DNA of 48,937 nucleotides. Origin: an uncultured Gammaproteobacteria bacterium. GTDB taxonomy: Bacteria; Patescibacteriota; Patescibacteriia; XYB2-FULL-38-15. The position numbers and the translations under genes are program-made. Each line of letters begins with the position of its first letter. Positions within the stretch are counted from its first letter, which is position 1. The stretch covers positions 1-48,937 of the forward strand of contig OZ246416.1 in the NCBI GenBank assembly GCA_965231095.1, written 5' to 3'. This document shows, one piece after another, positions 11,001-18,069 of this stretch. The notes beneath the pieces are model-generated. The model had not been told where the DNA came from, did not search any database, and saw nothing but the letters and a program-made list of their open reading frames with translations.

Positions 11001-13666
11001 TGAGCGATCCGCCTGTCGCGCCGTCGGTTGTTTCGCCTGGAACTTCCAGTGATGTTTTGCTCAAAGAATATTTTATGTTTGTGGGAGGAAGTTATTGCAC
11101 GCTTTCTAAACTTCCCTGCAATACGGAAAATCCATGCGCCGATGGCGCCGGATCGTGCCAGAATTCTTCCGACGCGATTGGCATTAGAATTTATACCAAC
11201 AAAAATCATTTTGCCCTGACCGATTGGTATTTGGCTCAGGGATTCAGGCCGACGGCTCCGAGCGGCAAAACCGTTGATCAATATGAAGCAGTGGAAGACG
11301 GCCGGACAATTTATGTTTCCGCGGCAAATCAGCCGAGTGATGCGGATGGTTCTGGTTCCGATCCAGATATTTACACTAATGTTTATTTGATTTCATACAA
11401 TGAAGGTGCGAGCCAGGATACAATTGATATTTATAATCAATTGGTGGAAAATTGGAAATTTAATATTAATTTAGCGAATAATAAAGTTTGTAAAAATGCG
11501 GCGGGGGGATTGCCAGAGGGGGAGGCTGCAAATATTTCATGTTCAGCCGATTTGGACTGTCCCCAAACTCCGACGCAATTTTTGTGCGACGCGCCAAAAG
11601 ATAAATTGGCTCGCGACGTAAAACGGTTGCATGATTTGGAAAAAATAAAAGCGGCAGTGGAAAGATACCGTGTGACGCGCGGTTATCCGCCGAAATTGGA
11701 AGCGGGTTCGTATGTCCGAGGAATTTCTACAAGTAGATGGGATTCCTGGGCGGTTTTGGGCCAAGAACTCGGCGGCGGTCTGCCACAAGATCCATTAAAT
11801 AAATTTCAAGGATGTGTTGATCCCTATAGCGCGGATACTTGCTGGGACACGAGCGGAGAAACTTACCGCTGTCCGGGCTTGTCGCATATTTATCAATATC
11901 GTTATGAATCGGCTACGGGGTTTTATAACATTGGCGGTGATTTGGAATACAGGCTTGGAACAATGATAAATCCGAGTTGGAGTTGGTTTAGAGGTGCCGT
12001 CCCGACTTATATTGCTTATGAAAATGTTTGCGATGGTTCAACCTTTAGCGTGGGCGGAGTTTGTGGTGATGGAATCATAAATGCCAGTGAAGAATGCGAG
12101 CCGAGTCTGGCAAACACTTGTTCAAATGATCCAACGACTTTTTGCCGAAGCGATGTGGAATGCGGCGGGGGAACATGCCGGGTTAATGAAGAAAGTTGTA
12201 TTGCATCAAGCGGAGCTACCGGCCGCCGAAGCCGTACTTGTAATTTAGCCACCTGCCGTTTTAATGATTGGGGATCGTGCCTTGCCAGTTGCGGCAACGG
12301 GATTATTGATATTGGTGAAGCTTGCGATCGCGGTCCGGGCGGCGGAAGAATTCCGGGCGGCGGAACCCTGCCTACTAATGAATATCAATGTTCTACGGTT
12401 TGTAGAATGAGCGGTGGTTATTGCGGCGATGGAGTTTTGCAAAGTTCTTTTGGAGAAAGATGCGATGATGGAGCGGATAATGGCCGTTACGGTAGAAAAG
12501 CAGATGGCACGCCATATTGCGCGGCGGGTTGTGTTGGTTCGGCGCCATTTTGCGGAAACACGGTGACTGACGGTGGAGAAGAGTGCGACAGAAATTTACA
12601 AACAACGAGAGGTGTCTGTTATATGGGAGCGGCAAGGCCTGGTGATGAAAGTACTGCTAGCGGACCGTATACCTGTGAAAGTGACAGTGATTGTCCGGGC
12701 GGTTTGCGTTGCGCCGTTTGTTCCGACGCGGGTATTTATCAAAGGATTAGAACAAGTAATTGTTTGCCCAGCGGTCATAGTTCGGAGTGCCGATGGGGTA
12801 CATGGACTGCGTGTACTGTGGCCGGCGAATGCGGCAACAGCGTGGTGGAGGGCGGGGAGCAATGCGACGATGGAAATGATATAGCTACCGATACTTGCAA
12901 TAATTGTCAAAATTCTCGTTGCGGTGACGGCGCGGTGCGTGCAGGGATAGAATCGTGCGATTCGGGTGCGGCCAACGGAACGCCCTGCACGGCGTCGTAT
13001 GGTTCAACTTGTAATTATTGCAGTTCAAGTTGTACTTTGCGGACAGTCTCCGGCCTGACTTGCGGCGACGGGACAGTGAGCGGCGCGGAACAATGTGATA
13101 GTCGTCTGCCTCCATATCCGGCGAGTTGGCTTTGCGTTGATACTTCAAATCCTTGGGGCAAGCCGCTTGATCTTGCCACACCAAGTTGCAGTCCGTCATC
13201 TTGCGCGATTTCCTGCGCGACCGGCCGGGCTTGTGACAATAGAAAGTATGGATCTGGCGGAGCAATTAATCCCGACGCGGACGGAGACGGAATTTTTGAC
13301 GCCTGCGACCCGAATGATAATAGTAATACTGATGGTTGTATGGACGACGCGACAAATTGCGCGAGAGTTGATTTGAGAATTACTGCGGATGCAGGCGATT
13401 TCTTTCAGGTTTATATTGATGGCCACCTTGCTAATACATCGGAACGTTCCGTCATGGGAACTTTAATGGCAAGTATAGATACTCTTTCAAGGGGGCTGCA
13501 TAATTTGCGCATTGTCTATGCTTCAGGAACTCCGTCGGGTATTTATGATGTTGACTTTTACTATGACTCACCTTCAAGAGCGGGAGTTGACTTCGGGGTT
13601 GCTGATTATAGATTGCCACTCGTGAATTTTGGTGATGAAGTAAGAGTTGATTTTACTGTTAGATAA
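5003..13666 (+). CDS. Giant 2887-aa surface protein: VirB2-like pilin, Ig-like and IPT/TIG domains, 13 DUF4215-like Cys repeats, GspG/type IV pilin-like segment
   Basis: Uninterrupted ORF; pilin head paralogous to the upstream gene; TIG-like ITGVSPNDGAVGNYVTIFGQGFG repeats; CGNG...GEDCDDG repeats; RDVKRLHDLEKIKAAVERY motif. Confidence 0.8.
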   Translation: MKPHERKILKFLFSLFLLTGAFLFATTIFAQDFGVNEVGNEIALPTSDPRVVAAQIVRVALGFLGIVAVAIVIYGGFVWMTASGNEEQISKAKKILTNGVIGLVIIVMAFGITQFVLTRLMEVTGISGGPGGGGGGGGGGGGGLPSDSFIVRGIQPNGSVPIRNVTVRVVFNKAVDSTTLTDNFNVRKTADGSLVAGTASASGTVLEFVPNAACPAPNGDRKCFDGDTEFTVEVTTSLRSTDGRNLICGGLAPNCTANFTTGNLVDVTGPTVEITYPDPGDSVSADAIVSIEAEAADDAGISYLEYFSNGGTLGTDAPTGPTPLTYSSIFDWDTTGVTLGSRHTLTAEAFDIDSNNTTSGGVDVIVRAAHCFNGSRDADETDIDCGGADCGTCDGGSCTSGADCRGGTCVGGVCRTLPTITGVSPNDGAVGNYVTIFGQGFGIVPGQVYFNNVLAGAPVCPASTTWQNNQIIVVVPAGATDGAVKVVVPPPTGATAEEYTDQTDDERGPTLPNFDVNDTARPGICSITPDSGEPRSDVVVAGTQFGATQGTSEIIFGGTRAERVSLWTAASIGAVVPLIAPATVPVQVVVGGQNSNPINFRVAATADAPRILSFTPTHGPVGEYVTIFGANFGDTTGQVFFKDALGADLLADVNFPAACGADWWRNDQIIVKVPTGAATDILKITTGGASGGLSDDTIDLTTSDFTVDAGAAGPGICKITPDNGPIDLPVVINGERFGASALVNFYRATPATVTPTDGAQISTSVPVGSQTGPVNVTSGAVTGNSVNFTVQDCRAGATCSSGEQCCRDGSCAVACAAAAGKGYYFWQFSTGQLPVYPQVVESCSNPPPPSPPSPSPWSGRDGGERVCVNALVTARFTTKINPASAGSENILVESCSDQTCVTRSVVAGAIRFLSASSAQDGFEFTPTGNLARNNWYQVTLKSDAALGTGIESCLGGAGCPDGGFFLDGDRDGVEGGDYVWKFKTRDSDETCAIGLIGVLPYEMTLNSVDATQDYNGQCYAAGDVCVAVNCSGYTWGWSSSDVSRATVENRATPDTRATARVETEVGRPVRITGEIPSERKSGVGNLTIDFTDPKVVDKWPNCSDACLNAEIGAKFNTSMNQVSVESAANVHLYIWKCGNGVLEPGEDCDDGNATAGDGCGATCLNEGSDARYGAYCHNSRRETGEDCDGEPFPARCNPTTCLNSGSDGAAAVCGNGLIEEGEDCDGSPFPSGCNATNCLNEGTQALQEISLVGISYNSVAKKIVINPTPISLAPRTYFLPNTYYRAVISDAVMSTSGVHLTDLNYDATSPAGNDSYSWTFKTKDDTNPCAVDRVAVDPQSAILNFIGETQNYSSTPFSNPDLCSPAGQRLGAMDYNWGWTSRDPGVATITNNNNYPSCGNGVKEFGEDCDDGNIAAADGCGASCLNEGTIAPTCGNGAINVGEDCDDSNTRSGDGCNSTCRHEGSVAGGGVCGNRAKERGEDCDDGNAPGPGCSATCLNEGTVTDSRIDPYQTAEAIDLAVEDVAAGVNSSTTEISAAAEGKSDSGDLTLRCGGQDCRAISPSCVLTSNICAGTTSQACTNDEDCTLGVGRNTCCYFKPKVKDCDPTREGAVDCDDGAVNVCRNAKISATFDQVMETASVTGNILVVSDYSGVCPEGATALTLWSGEEKSGWKFAEKIKEWLPAPIAKILARPIAKIENDLAIFGEVKNFINQFSQSLFGWPASAAPASPWCVWPGTSSSVVTRDGDNFVTEVSFSPTKAFDRGQTYFVLLLGDNPATPEIEGIRNAKGVALGGGILRGEYPAPYSAREIYQWLFSTGNDICTLSQVIVAPDTRVFTQNGETQEYFATARDARGRRISSLAGVYAWEWEDWLSNDPTVVELDVWGTCSGTSGAACRNDDGCVLAGGVCETNNKQIATAQNKNGEARILVSAKITADTILSPRTVGRVASGGADATVLLCENPWPADFGVSGGFMDTAFNFKTYYCRDRGELGAEDDLPEVSDPPVAPSVVSPGTSSDVLLKEYFMFVGGSYCTLSKLPCNTENPCADGAGSCQNSSDAIGIRIYTNKNHFALTDWYLAQGFRPTAPSGKTVDQYEAVEDGRTIYVSAANQPSDADGSGSDPDIYTNVYLISYNEGASQDTIDIYNQLVENWKFNINLANNKVCKNAAGGLPEGEAANISCSADLDCPQTPTQFLCDAPKDKLARDVKRLHDLEKIKAAVERYRVTRGYPPKLEAGSYVRGISTSRWDSWAVLGQELGGGLPQDPLNKFQGCVDPYSADTCWDTSGETYRCPGLSHIYQYRYESATGFYNIGGDLEYRLGTMINPSWSWFRGAVPTYIAYENVCDGSTFSVGGVCGDGIINASEECEPSLANTCSNDPTTFCRSDVECGGGTCRVNEESCIASSGATGRRSRTCNLATCRFNDWGSCLASCGNGIIDIGEACDRGPGGGRIPGGGTLPTNEYQCSTVCRMSGGYCGDGVLQSSFGERCDDGADNGRYGRKADGTPYCAAGCVGSAPFCGNTVTDGGEECDRNLQTTRGVCYMGAARPGDESTASGPYTCESDSDCPGGLRCAVCSDAGIYQRIRTSNCLPSGHSSECRWGTWTACTVAGECGNSVVEGGEQCDDGNDIATDTCNNCQNSRCGDGAVRAGIESCDSGAANGTPCTASYGSTCNYCSSSCTLRTVSGLTCGDGTVSGAEQCDSRLPPYPASWLCVDTSNPWGKPLDLATPSCSPSSCAISCATGRACDNRKYGSGGAINPDADGDGIFDACDPNDNSNTDGCMDDATNCARVDLRITADAGDFFQVYIDGHLANTSERSVMGTLMASIDTLSRGLHNLRIVYASGTPSGIYDVDFYYDSPSRAGVDFGVADYRLPLVNFGDEVRVDFTVR

Positions 13667-13702
13667 ATTTAATAATAATTTTAAAAATTTTAATACCCCG
13701 AT

Positions 13703-13774
13703 GTCAAAATCATCTCTCAAAAACTATTTTATTTTTTAAGATATATTTTTGACTTTTGACTTTTGACTTTTGAA
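13703..13774. repeat. Heptamer array (TTTTGAC)x3 plus TTTTGAA with upstream inverted partners
   Basis: Units at 13747-13774; GTCAAAA at 13703 and CTCAAAA at 13716. Confidence 0.8.
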
Positions 13775-13782
13775 TTAAACTT

Positions 13783-14421
13783 ATGTTTGACAAAGAACCC
13801 GAGGACATGTTTGCCGGCGTGGAGCCGACAGGGCAAGAACCGCTGCGGCCGGCTGGCGCGCTTTCGCCGACCGTGCCTGGCATGCCCGGAACCGCCTCTG
13901 CAGTTGGGGCAACTCCGACAGAGGTTGGGGAAGAGGGCGGAGGTCCGGGAAAAAAGAAAATGATTTTGGTTTTGGCGGCCGCGATTTTAGTTTTAATTCT
14001 TGGCGGCGGCGGATTTCTTGTGTGGCGGCAATTTACATCCGCGCCGGAAGCAACTCTTGAAACGCCGGAAGTGAACGCTAATTTACCGGCAGTAAATACT
14101 CCGGTTGAAACCGCGCCGATTGTGAATGAGGCTCCTGCGGAAATTCCTCCGGCAGTTTTGGAAACCGCGCCGGTTATTCCTCCGGTGGGAAGCGTTGATT
14201 CGGATGGGGATGGTCTGACCGACGCGCAAGAGGTGACTCTTGGAACTGACGCGACAAATACCGACACAGATCTGGACGGACTCTCAGATGGCGAAGAAGT
14301 AAATACTTATCTTACCGATCCCTTAAATGCGGATACAGACGGCGATACATATTTGGACGGAGCTGAAGTCGACGCCGGGTATGACCCCAAGGGGCCGGGG
14401 AGATTGTCGGAACAGCCGTAG
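13783..14421 (+). CDS. Membrane-anchored protein with Ca-binding DxDxDG (thrombospondin type-3-like) repeats
   Basis: Single TM, Pro/Ala linker, DSDGDGLTDAQE, DTDLDGLSDGEE, DTDGDTYLDGAE. Confidence 0.75.
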   Translation: MFDKEPEDMFAGVEPTGQEPLRPAGALSPTVPGMPGTASAVGATPTEVGEEGGGPGKKKMILVLAAAILVLILGGGGFLVWRQFTSAPEATLETPEVNANLPAVNTPVETAPIVNEAPAEIPPAVLETAPVIPPVGSVDSDGDGLTDAQEVTLGTDATNTDTDLDGLSDGEEVNTYLTDPLNADTDGDTYLDGAEVDAGYDPKGPGRLSEQP

Positions 14422-14466
14422 TAGACTAAAGAACAGAGAAACTAAGAAACAAAAGAACGGGAAACC
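14421..14466 (+). repeat. Octamer array (AGAAACTA-like) upstream of four-helix-bundle gene
   Basis: gtagacta aagaacag agaaacta agaaacaa aagaacgg gaaacc. Confidence 0.75.
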
Positions 14467-14847
14467 ATGAATACGATATTCAGATTTAGACAATTCCCTG
14501 TTTATAACGACGCGAGGCATTTTCGTAAAGAATTAAAACAATTAAGTAGAATTAAATTTCCCAAAGAAGAACAGTTTTGTTTAATTTCTCAGTTGTGGAG
14601 AGCGCTAGATTCTATAATATTGAATATAGCCGAAGGATCTGATAGATATTCTGATAAAGATTTTAGCCATTTTCTTAATAACGCGCTTACATCTTTAAAT
14701 GAAGTGGTTGCTTGTCTGGATTGTGCGTTTGATGGTGGTTATATAAATATTGAGGAGTTGAATAAATATTTAAGTCAAGCCGAAAATTTAGTAAGGCAGC
14801 TAAAGGCTTTTATTTCCAAAGTGCGAAAAGATAATAGAAGTTTCTAA
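14467..14847 (+). CDS. Four-helix-bundle protein (23S rRNA IVS protein-like family)
   Basis: FRQFPVYNDA, FPKEEQFCLISQLWRALDSIILNIAEGS, FLNNALTSLNEVVACL: family pattern; 126 aa. Confidence 0.88.
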   Translation: MNTIFRFRQFPVYNDARHFRKELKQLSRIKFPKEEQFCLISQLWRALDSIILNIAEGSDRYSDKDFSHFLNNALTSLNEVVACLDCAFDGGYINIEELNKYLSQAENLVRQLKAFISKVRKDNRSF

Positions 14848-14877
14848 GTTTCTTTGTTTCTAAGTTTCTAAGTTTTA
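14838..14877 (-). repeat. Octamer array (AAGTTTCT)n downstream of four-helix-bundle gene, inverted relative to upstream array
   Basis: aagtttct aagtttct ttgtttct aagtttct aagtttta. Confidence 0.8.
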
Positions 14878-14883
14878 AAAATT

Positions 14884-15861
14884 ATGCCAAACGGAGAGCA
14901 AAAACCAATAAATATCGCCGAAGAACCGCCGGTGGAAATTAAGGCCATGCCCGAGCAGTTTTATTTTAAGAAAGTGAATGTGCCAAAGGAGGGCAAGAGT
15001 GGAGGATCAAAAACAACCCTGCTTATCGCGGTTGGGGCGGTGGTGATTGTTCTTTTGGCAATTGCGGCATATCTTTTTACTCAAAGTTTGAAACCGAAAA
15101 CCGCCGTGACGCCGCCGGCAAATACCAATACGGCGGTGAACGCGCCGGTAAATGCGTCGCCGGTTAATGTTCCCGTTAACGCTCCGGCTAATGTCCCGGC
15201 CGCTCCGATTTGCGGCAATGGTGTTTGTGAATCCGGAGAAACTTCCATCACGTGCCTTGCCGATTGTCCCGCGCCCATTCCCGAACCAGAGGTTCCTCTG
15301 GTTTCGGCAATTGATACGGATCAAGACGGCCTGACGGACGTGGAGGAGTTATTGTTTAATACCGATCCGAGCAAATCTGACACTGACGGAGACAGCTATC
15401 CTGATACTTTAGAACTTATAAATTTATACAACCCGACCGGGCTTGCTCCGCAAAAAATTGAGGAAACAAACTTGGTAAAAATTTATAATAATCAGATTTA
15501 CAATTACTCCATTTTTTATCCGTCACTTTGGATTATGAGAGCGCTTGATGAAACAAGCCAAGAGGTTATGTTCACGTCGGCCACAGGAGAAATTTTTGAA
15601 GTGATTGTTGATGAAAATCCCAATCGTCTGCCGCTTTTGGAATGGTATTCATCTTTGTCGCCGGAAACAAATCTCTCCGAACTCTCCGACGTCACGACAA
15701 AAGGCGGCCTGCTCGGGAAAAAGAGTCCGGACGGGCTCACGGCTTATTTTTCCTCGAGAGATAAAATTTATGTGATTAGTTACGGGGTGGGAAATAAAAC
15801 GGAATTAAATTATGAGAGTACTTTTGAAATGATTTTAAGAAGTTTTAGGATTGGTTTGTAA
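14884..15861 (+). CDS. Membrane-anchored protein: TM, one Cys repeat, DxDxDG Ca-binding repeats, probable PsbP-like C-terminal domain
   Basis: TM near aa 46-66; CGNGVCESGE; DTDQDGLTDVEE; YNYSIFYPSLW start of C-terminal domain. Confidence 0.65.
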   Translation: MPNGEQKPINIAEEPPVEIKAMPEQFYFKKVNVPKEGKSGGSKTTLLIAVGAVVIVLLAIAAYLFTQSLKPKTAVTPPANTNTAVNAPVNASPVNVPVNAPANVPAAPICGNGVCESGETSITCLADCPAPIPEPEVPLVSAIDTDQDGLTDVEELLFNTDPSKSDTDGDSYPDTLELINLYNPTGLAPQKIEETNLVKIYNNQIYNYSIFYPSLWIMRALDETSQEVMFTSATGEIFEVIVDENPNRLPLLEWYSSLSPETNLSELSDVTTKGGLLGKKSPDGLTAYFSSRDKIYVISYGVGNKTELNYESTFEMILRSFRIGL

Positions 15862-15878
15862 GTTTTAGAAAAAATAAA

Positions 15879-16313
15879 ATGATTAAAATAGAAATAAATC
15901 AGAAAGTTGGCAAAAAAATCAAAGAAGCGTGGCTGAATAAAATTGTTGAACAAACCCTCGGGGCGGTAAAAATAAAAAATGCGTCCGTATCGGTCGCGAT
16001 CGTGGGCGATTTGGAAATGAAAAAATTGAATAAAGAGTGGCGAGGAAAAAATTGCGTGACCGATGTTTTGAGTTTTGATTATAAGTTTCAAGTTCCAAGT
16101 TCTAAGTTTGAGATCGAAGGAGAGATAGTTATTTCTCATCCGCAGGCAGCGCGGCAAGCGAAGGAAGGCGGGCACAACGTGGATGAAGAGATAAAAATGT
16201 TGTTGGTTCACGGCGCGTTGCATTTGGCCGGGTATGATCACGAGAAGAGCGAGAGGGAGGCGAAGAAGATGGAAGAGTTACAAAATAAAATTTTTAAAAT
16301 ATGTTTAGCCTAA
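15879..16313 (+). CDS. ybeY: rRNA maturation endoribonuclease YbeY
   Basis: LNKEWRGK..TDVLSF and HGALHLAGYDH metal motif. Confidence 0.95.
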   Translation: MIKIEINQKVGKKIKEAWLNKIVEQTLGAVKIKNASVSVAIVGDLEMKKLNKEWRGKNCVTDVLSFDYKFQVPSSKFEIEGEIVISHPQAARQAKEGGHNVDEEIKMLLVHGALHLAGYDHEKSEREAKKMEELQNKIFKICLA

Positions 16314-16672
16314 GTCGTTTATTTCGCAGTTTTCATTACGCCGGCAGGGGATTATTTCGTGTTTTTCGCGAGGAGCAAAGTTTTCGCATCCAAATTCTGG
16401 CGGGAATTTTAGTTTTGATTTTAGCTTTATTTTTTCATATTAAAGTCTGGGAGGCCGTGACTCTTTTGCTTGTCATCATGATGGTTTTAGTGTTAGAGTT
16501 AATAAACAGTGTTTTTGAAAGAGTGGTTGATGTCTTAAAACCGAGAATGCATCCATATGTTGAGACGGTTAAAGATATTATGGCTGCGGTTGTTTTGATT
16601 TCTTCGCTCGGGGCGATAGTAATTGGTCTCTTAATTTTAGGGCCGTATGCCGCGGAGTTGTTAAATGGTTAA
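16301..16672 (+). CDS. dgkA: Diacylglycerol/undecaprenol kinase (DgkA family)
   Basis: Three TM helices, LELINSVFERVVD, KDIMAAVVL; follows ybeY as is common. Confidence 0.85.
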   Translation: MFSLSRLFRSFHYAGRGLFRVFREEQSFRIQILAGILVLILALFFHIKVWEAVTLLLVIMMVLVLELINSVFERVVDVLKPRMHPYVETVKDIMAAVVLISSLGAIVIGLLILGPYAAELLNG

Positions 16673-16690
16673 TGTATAAATTTTATAAAG

Positions 16691-16719
16691 TTGCAAAAAG
16701 TTTTTAAATTATTTATAAT
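16691..16719 (+). promoter_or_regulatory. Sigma70-type promoter for ftsA-ftsZ
   Basis: TTGCAA-17 nt-TATAAT, 39 nt upstream of the ftsA ATG. Confidence 0.7.
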
Positions 16720-16758
16720 ATAAGACTTGCCAGGGGGAGACCATATAGAAATTAATAT

Positions 16759-17994
16759 ATGAGAAGTGAAATAATCACCGGCCTAGATCTGGGCTCAACT
16801 GCCGCGCGAGTAGTCGTGGGGCAAAGGGACGAAACCGGCGCGCCAAAAATTTTGGCGGCGATTGAGGTACCGTCAGAAGGGGTGTCGCGCGGAACGGTCA
16901 TGAGCGTAGAGAACGCCACTTCAAGCATTGCGGCCGCTTTTGAGGCAGCTGAAAGAGTCACAGGGGTTCCCGTTGACAGGGTTTGGGTTGGAATTTCCGG
17001 CGATCATATTATTTTTCAAAAAAGTAAGGGAGTAGTTGCCGTGGCAAAACCCAACGGCGAAATTGACGATGGCGATGTAGAGCGATCAATTGAAGCTTCG
17101 CGCGCCGTGGCCACTCCGCCGAATTTTGAAATATTGCACGTCATCCCAAGAACTTTTTCCATTGACAGCCAGGTCAATATCCGCGATCCAATTGGGATGA
17201 GCGGCGTGAGGCTGGAAGTGGAAACTCAAATCATTCAAGGATTGAGTTCGCATATAAAAAATTTAACCAAATGCATTTATCGCACGGGAGTGGACATTGA
17301 AGATGTTGTTTTTTCCATTCTCGCCGCCGCCGAGGCGGTGACCAGCCCGCGCCAAAAAGAATTGGGAGTGGCGGTGGCCAATATTGGCCGAACGTCTACC
17401 GAACTCGCGGTCTTTGAGGGCGGAGATGTTATCCACACAGCTTTTTTGCCGCTCGGAGGAGATCATATCACCTCAGACGTTGCTATCGGCCTCCGCACCT
17501 CGCTTGACGCCGCGGAAAAAATAAAATTGGAGCATGGAACGGCCCTGCCAAAAGATATCAGTAAAAGAGACGAGATCAATCTCGGCGATTATGAGCCGGG
17601 CGAGAATACTTTAATTTCTAAAAAATATATCGCGGAAATTATTGAAGCCAGAGTTGAGGAAATTTTTGAAAAAATTGACGATGAATTGAAAAAAATCGGG
17701 CGGAGCGGCCTCTTGCCGTCGGGAGTAGTCCTTGTCGGTTCAACGGCAAAGCTCCAAGGATTAGGAGAGGTTGCGAAAAGAAAATTGCGTCTGCCGGTTT
17801 CTTTGGGTTACCCGCAAAATATCGCGAGCGTGGTTGACAAAGTTAATGACGTGTCTTTTGTCCCGGCCCTGGGGCTTGTTCTTTGGGGCAATGCGGTTTA
17901 TGATGAAAGAGACGGCGGCTTCACCTCTCGCTTCAAGAGTATTGATAAAGTTACGAGCCAAGTTAAAAAGTGGTTTAAATCTTTGATGCCATAG
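16759..17994 (+). CDS. ftsA: Cell division protein FtsA
   Basis: GLDLGST actin-like motif, LPLGGDHITSDVA, IIEARVEEIF, VVLVGSTAKL. Confidence 0.95.
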   Translation: MRSEIITGLDLGSTAARVVVGQRDETGAPKILAAIEVPSEGVSRGTVMSVENATSSIAAAFEAAERVTGVPVDRVWVGISGDHIIFQKSKGVVAVAKPNGEIDDGDVERSIEASRAVATPPNFEILHVIPRTFSIDSQVNIRDPIGMSGVRLEVETQIIQGLSSHIKNLTKCIYRTGVDIEDVVFSILAAAEAVTSPRQKELGVAVANIGRTSTELAVFEGGDVIHTAFLPLGGDHITSDVAIGLRTSLDAAEKIKLEHGTALPKDISKRDEINLGDYEPGENTLISKKYIAEIIEARVEEIFEKIDDELKKIGRSGLLPSGVVLVGSTAKLQGLGEVAKRKLRLPVSLGYPQNIASVVDKVNDVSFVPALGLVLWGNAVYDERDGGFTSRFKSIDKVTSQVKKWFKSLMP

Positions 17995-17995
17995 T

Positions 17996-18065
17996 AGATT
18001 TAAGGTTTAAGATTTAAGGTTCCAATATAAAAATCTTAAATCTGAAATCTTTAATCTAAAATCTA
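17996..18065. repeat. Ten phased heptamers forming an inverted array between ftsA and ftsZ
   Basis: agattta aggttta agattta aggttcc aatataa aaatctt aaatctg aaatctt taatcta aaatcta. Confidence 0.85.
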
Positions 18066-18069
18066 TATT

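Noticed and set aside
14467-14847. DGR (four-helix-bundle protein as Avd)
   Set aside because: No reverse transcriptase and no template/variable repeat pair differing at adenines was seen in the window
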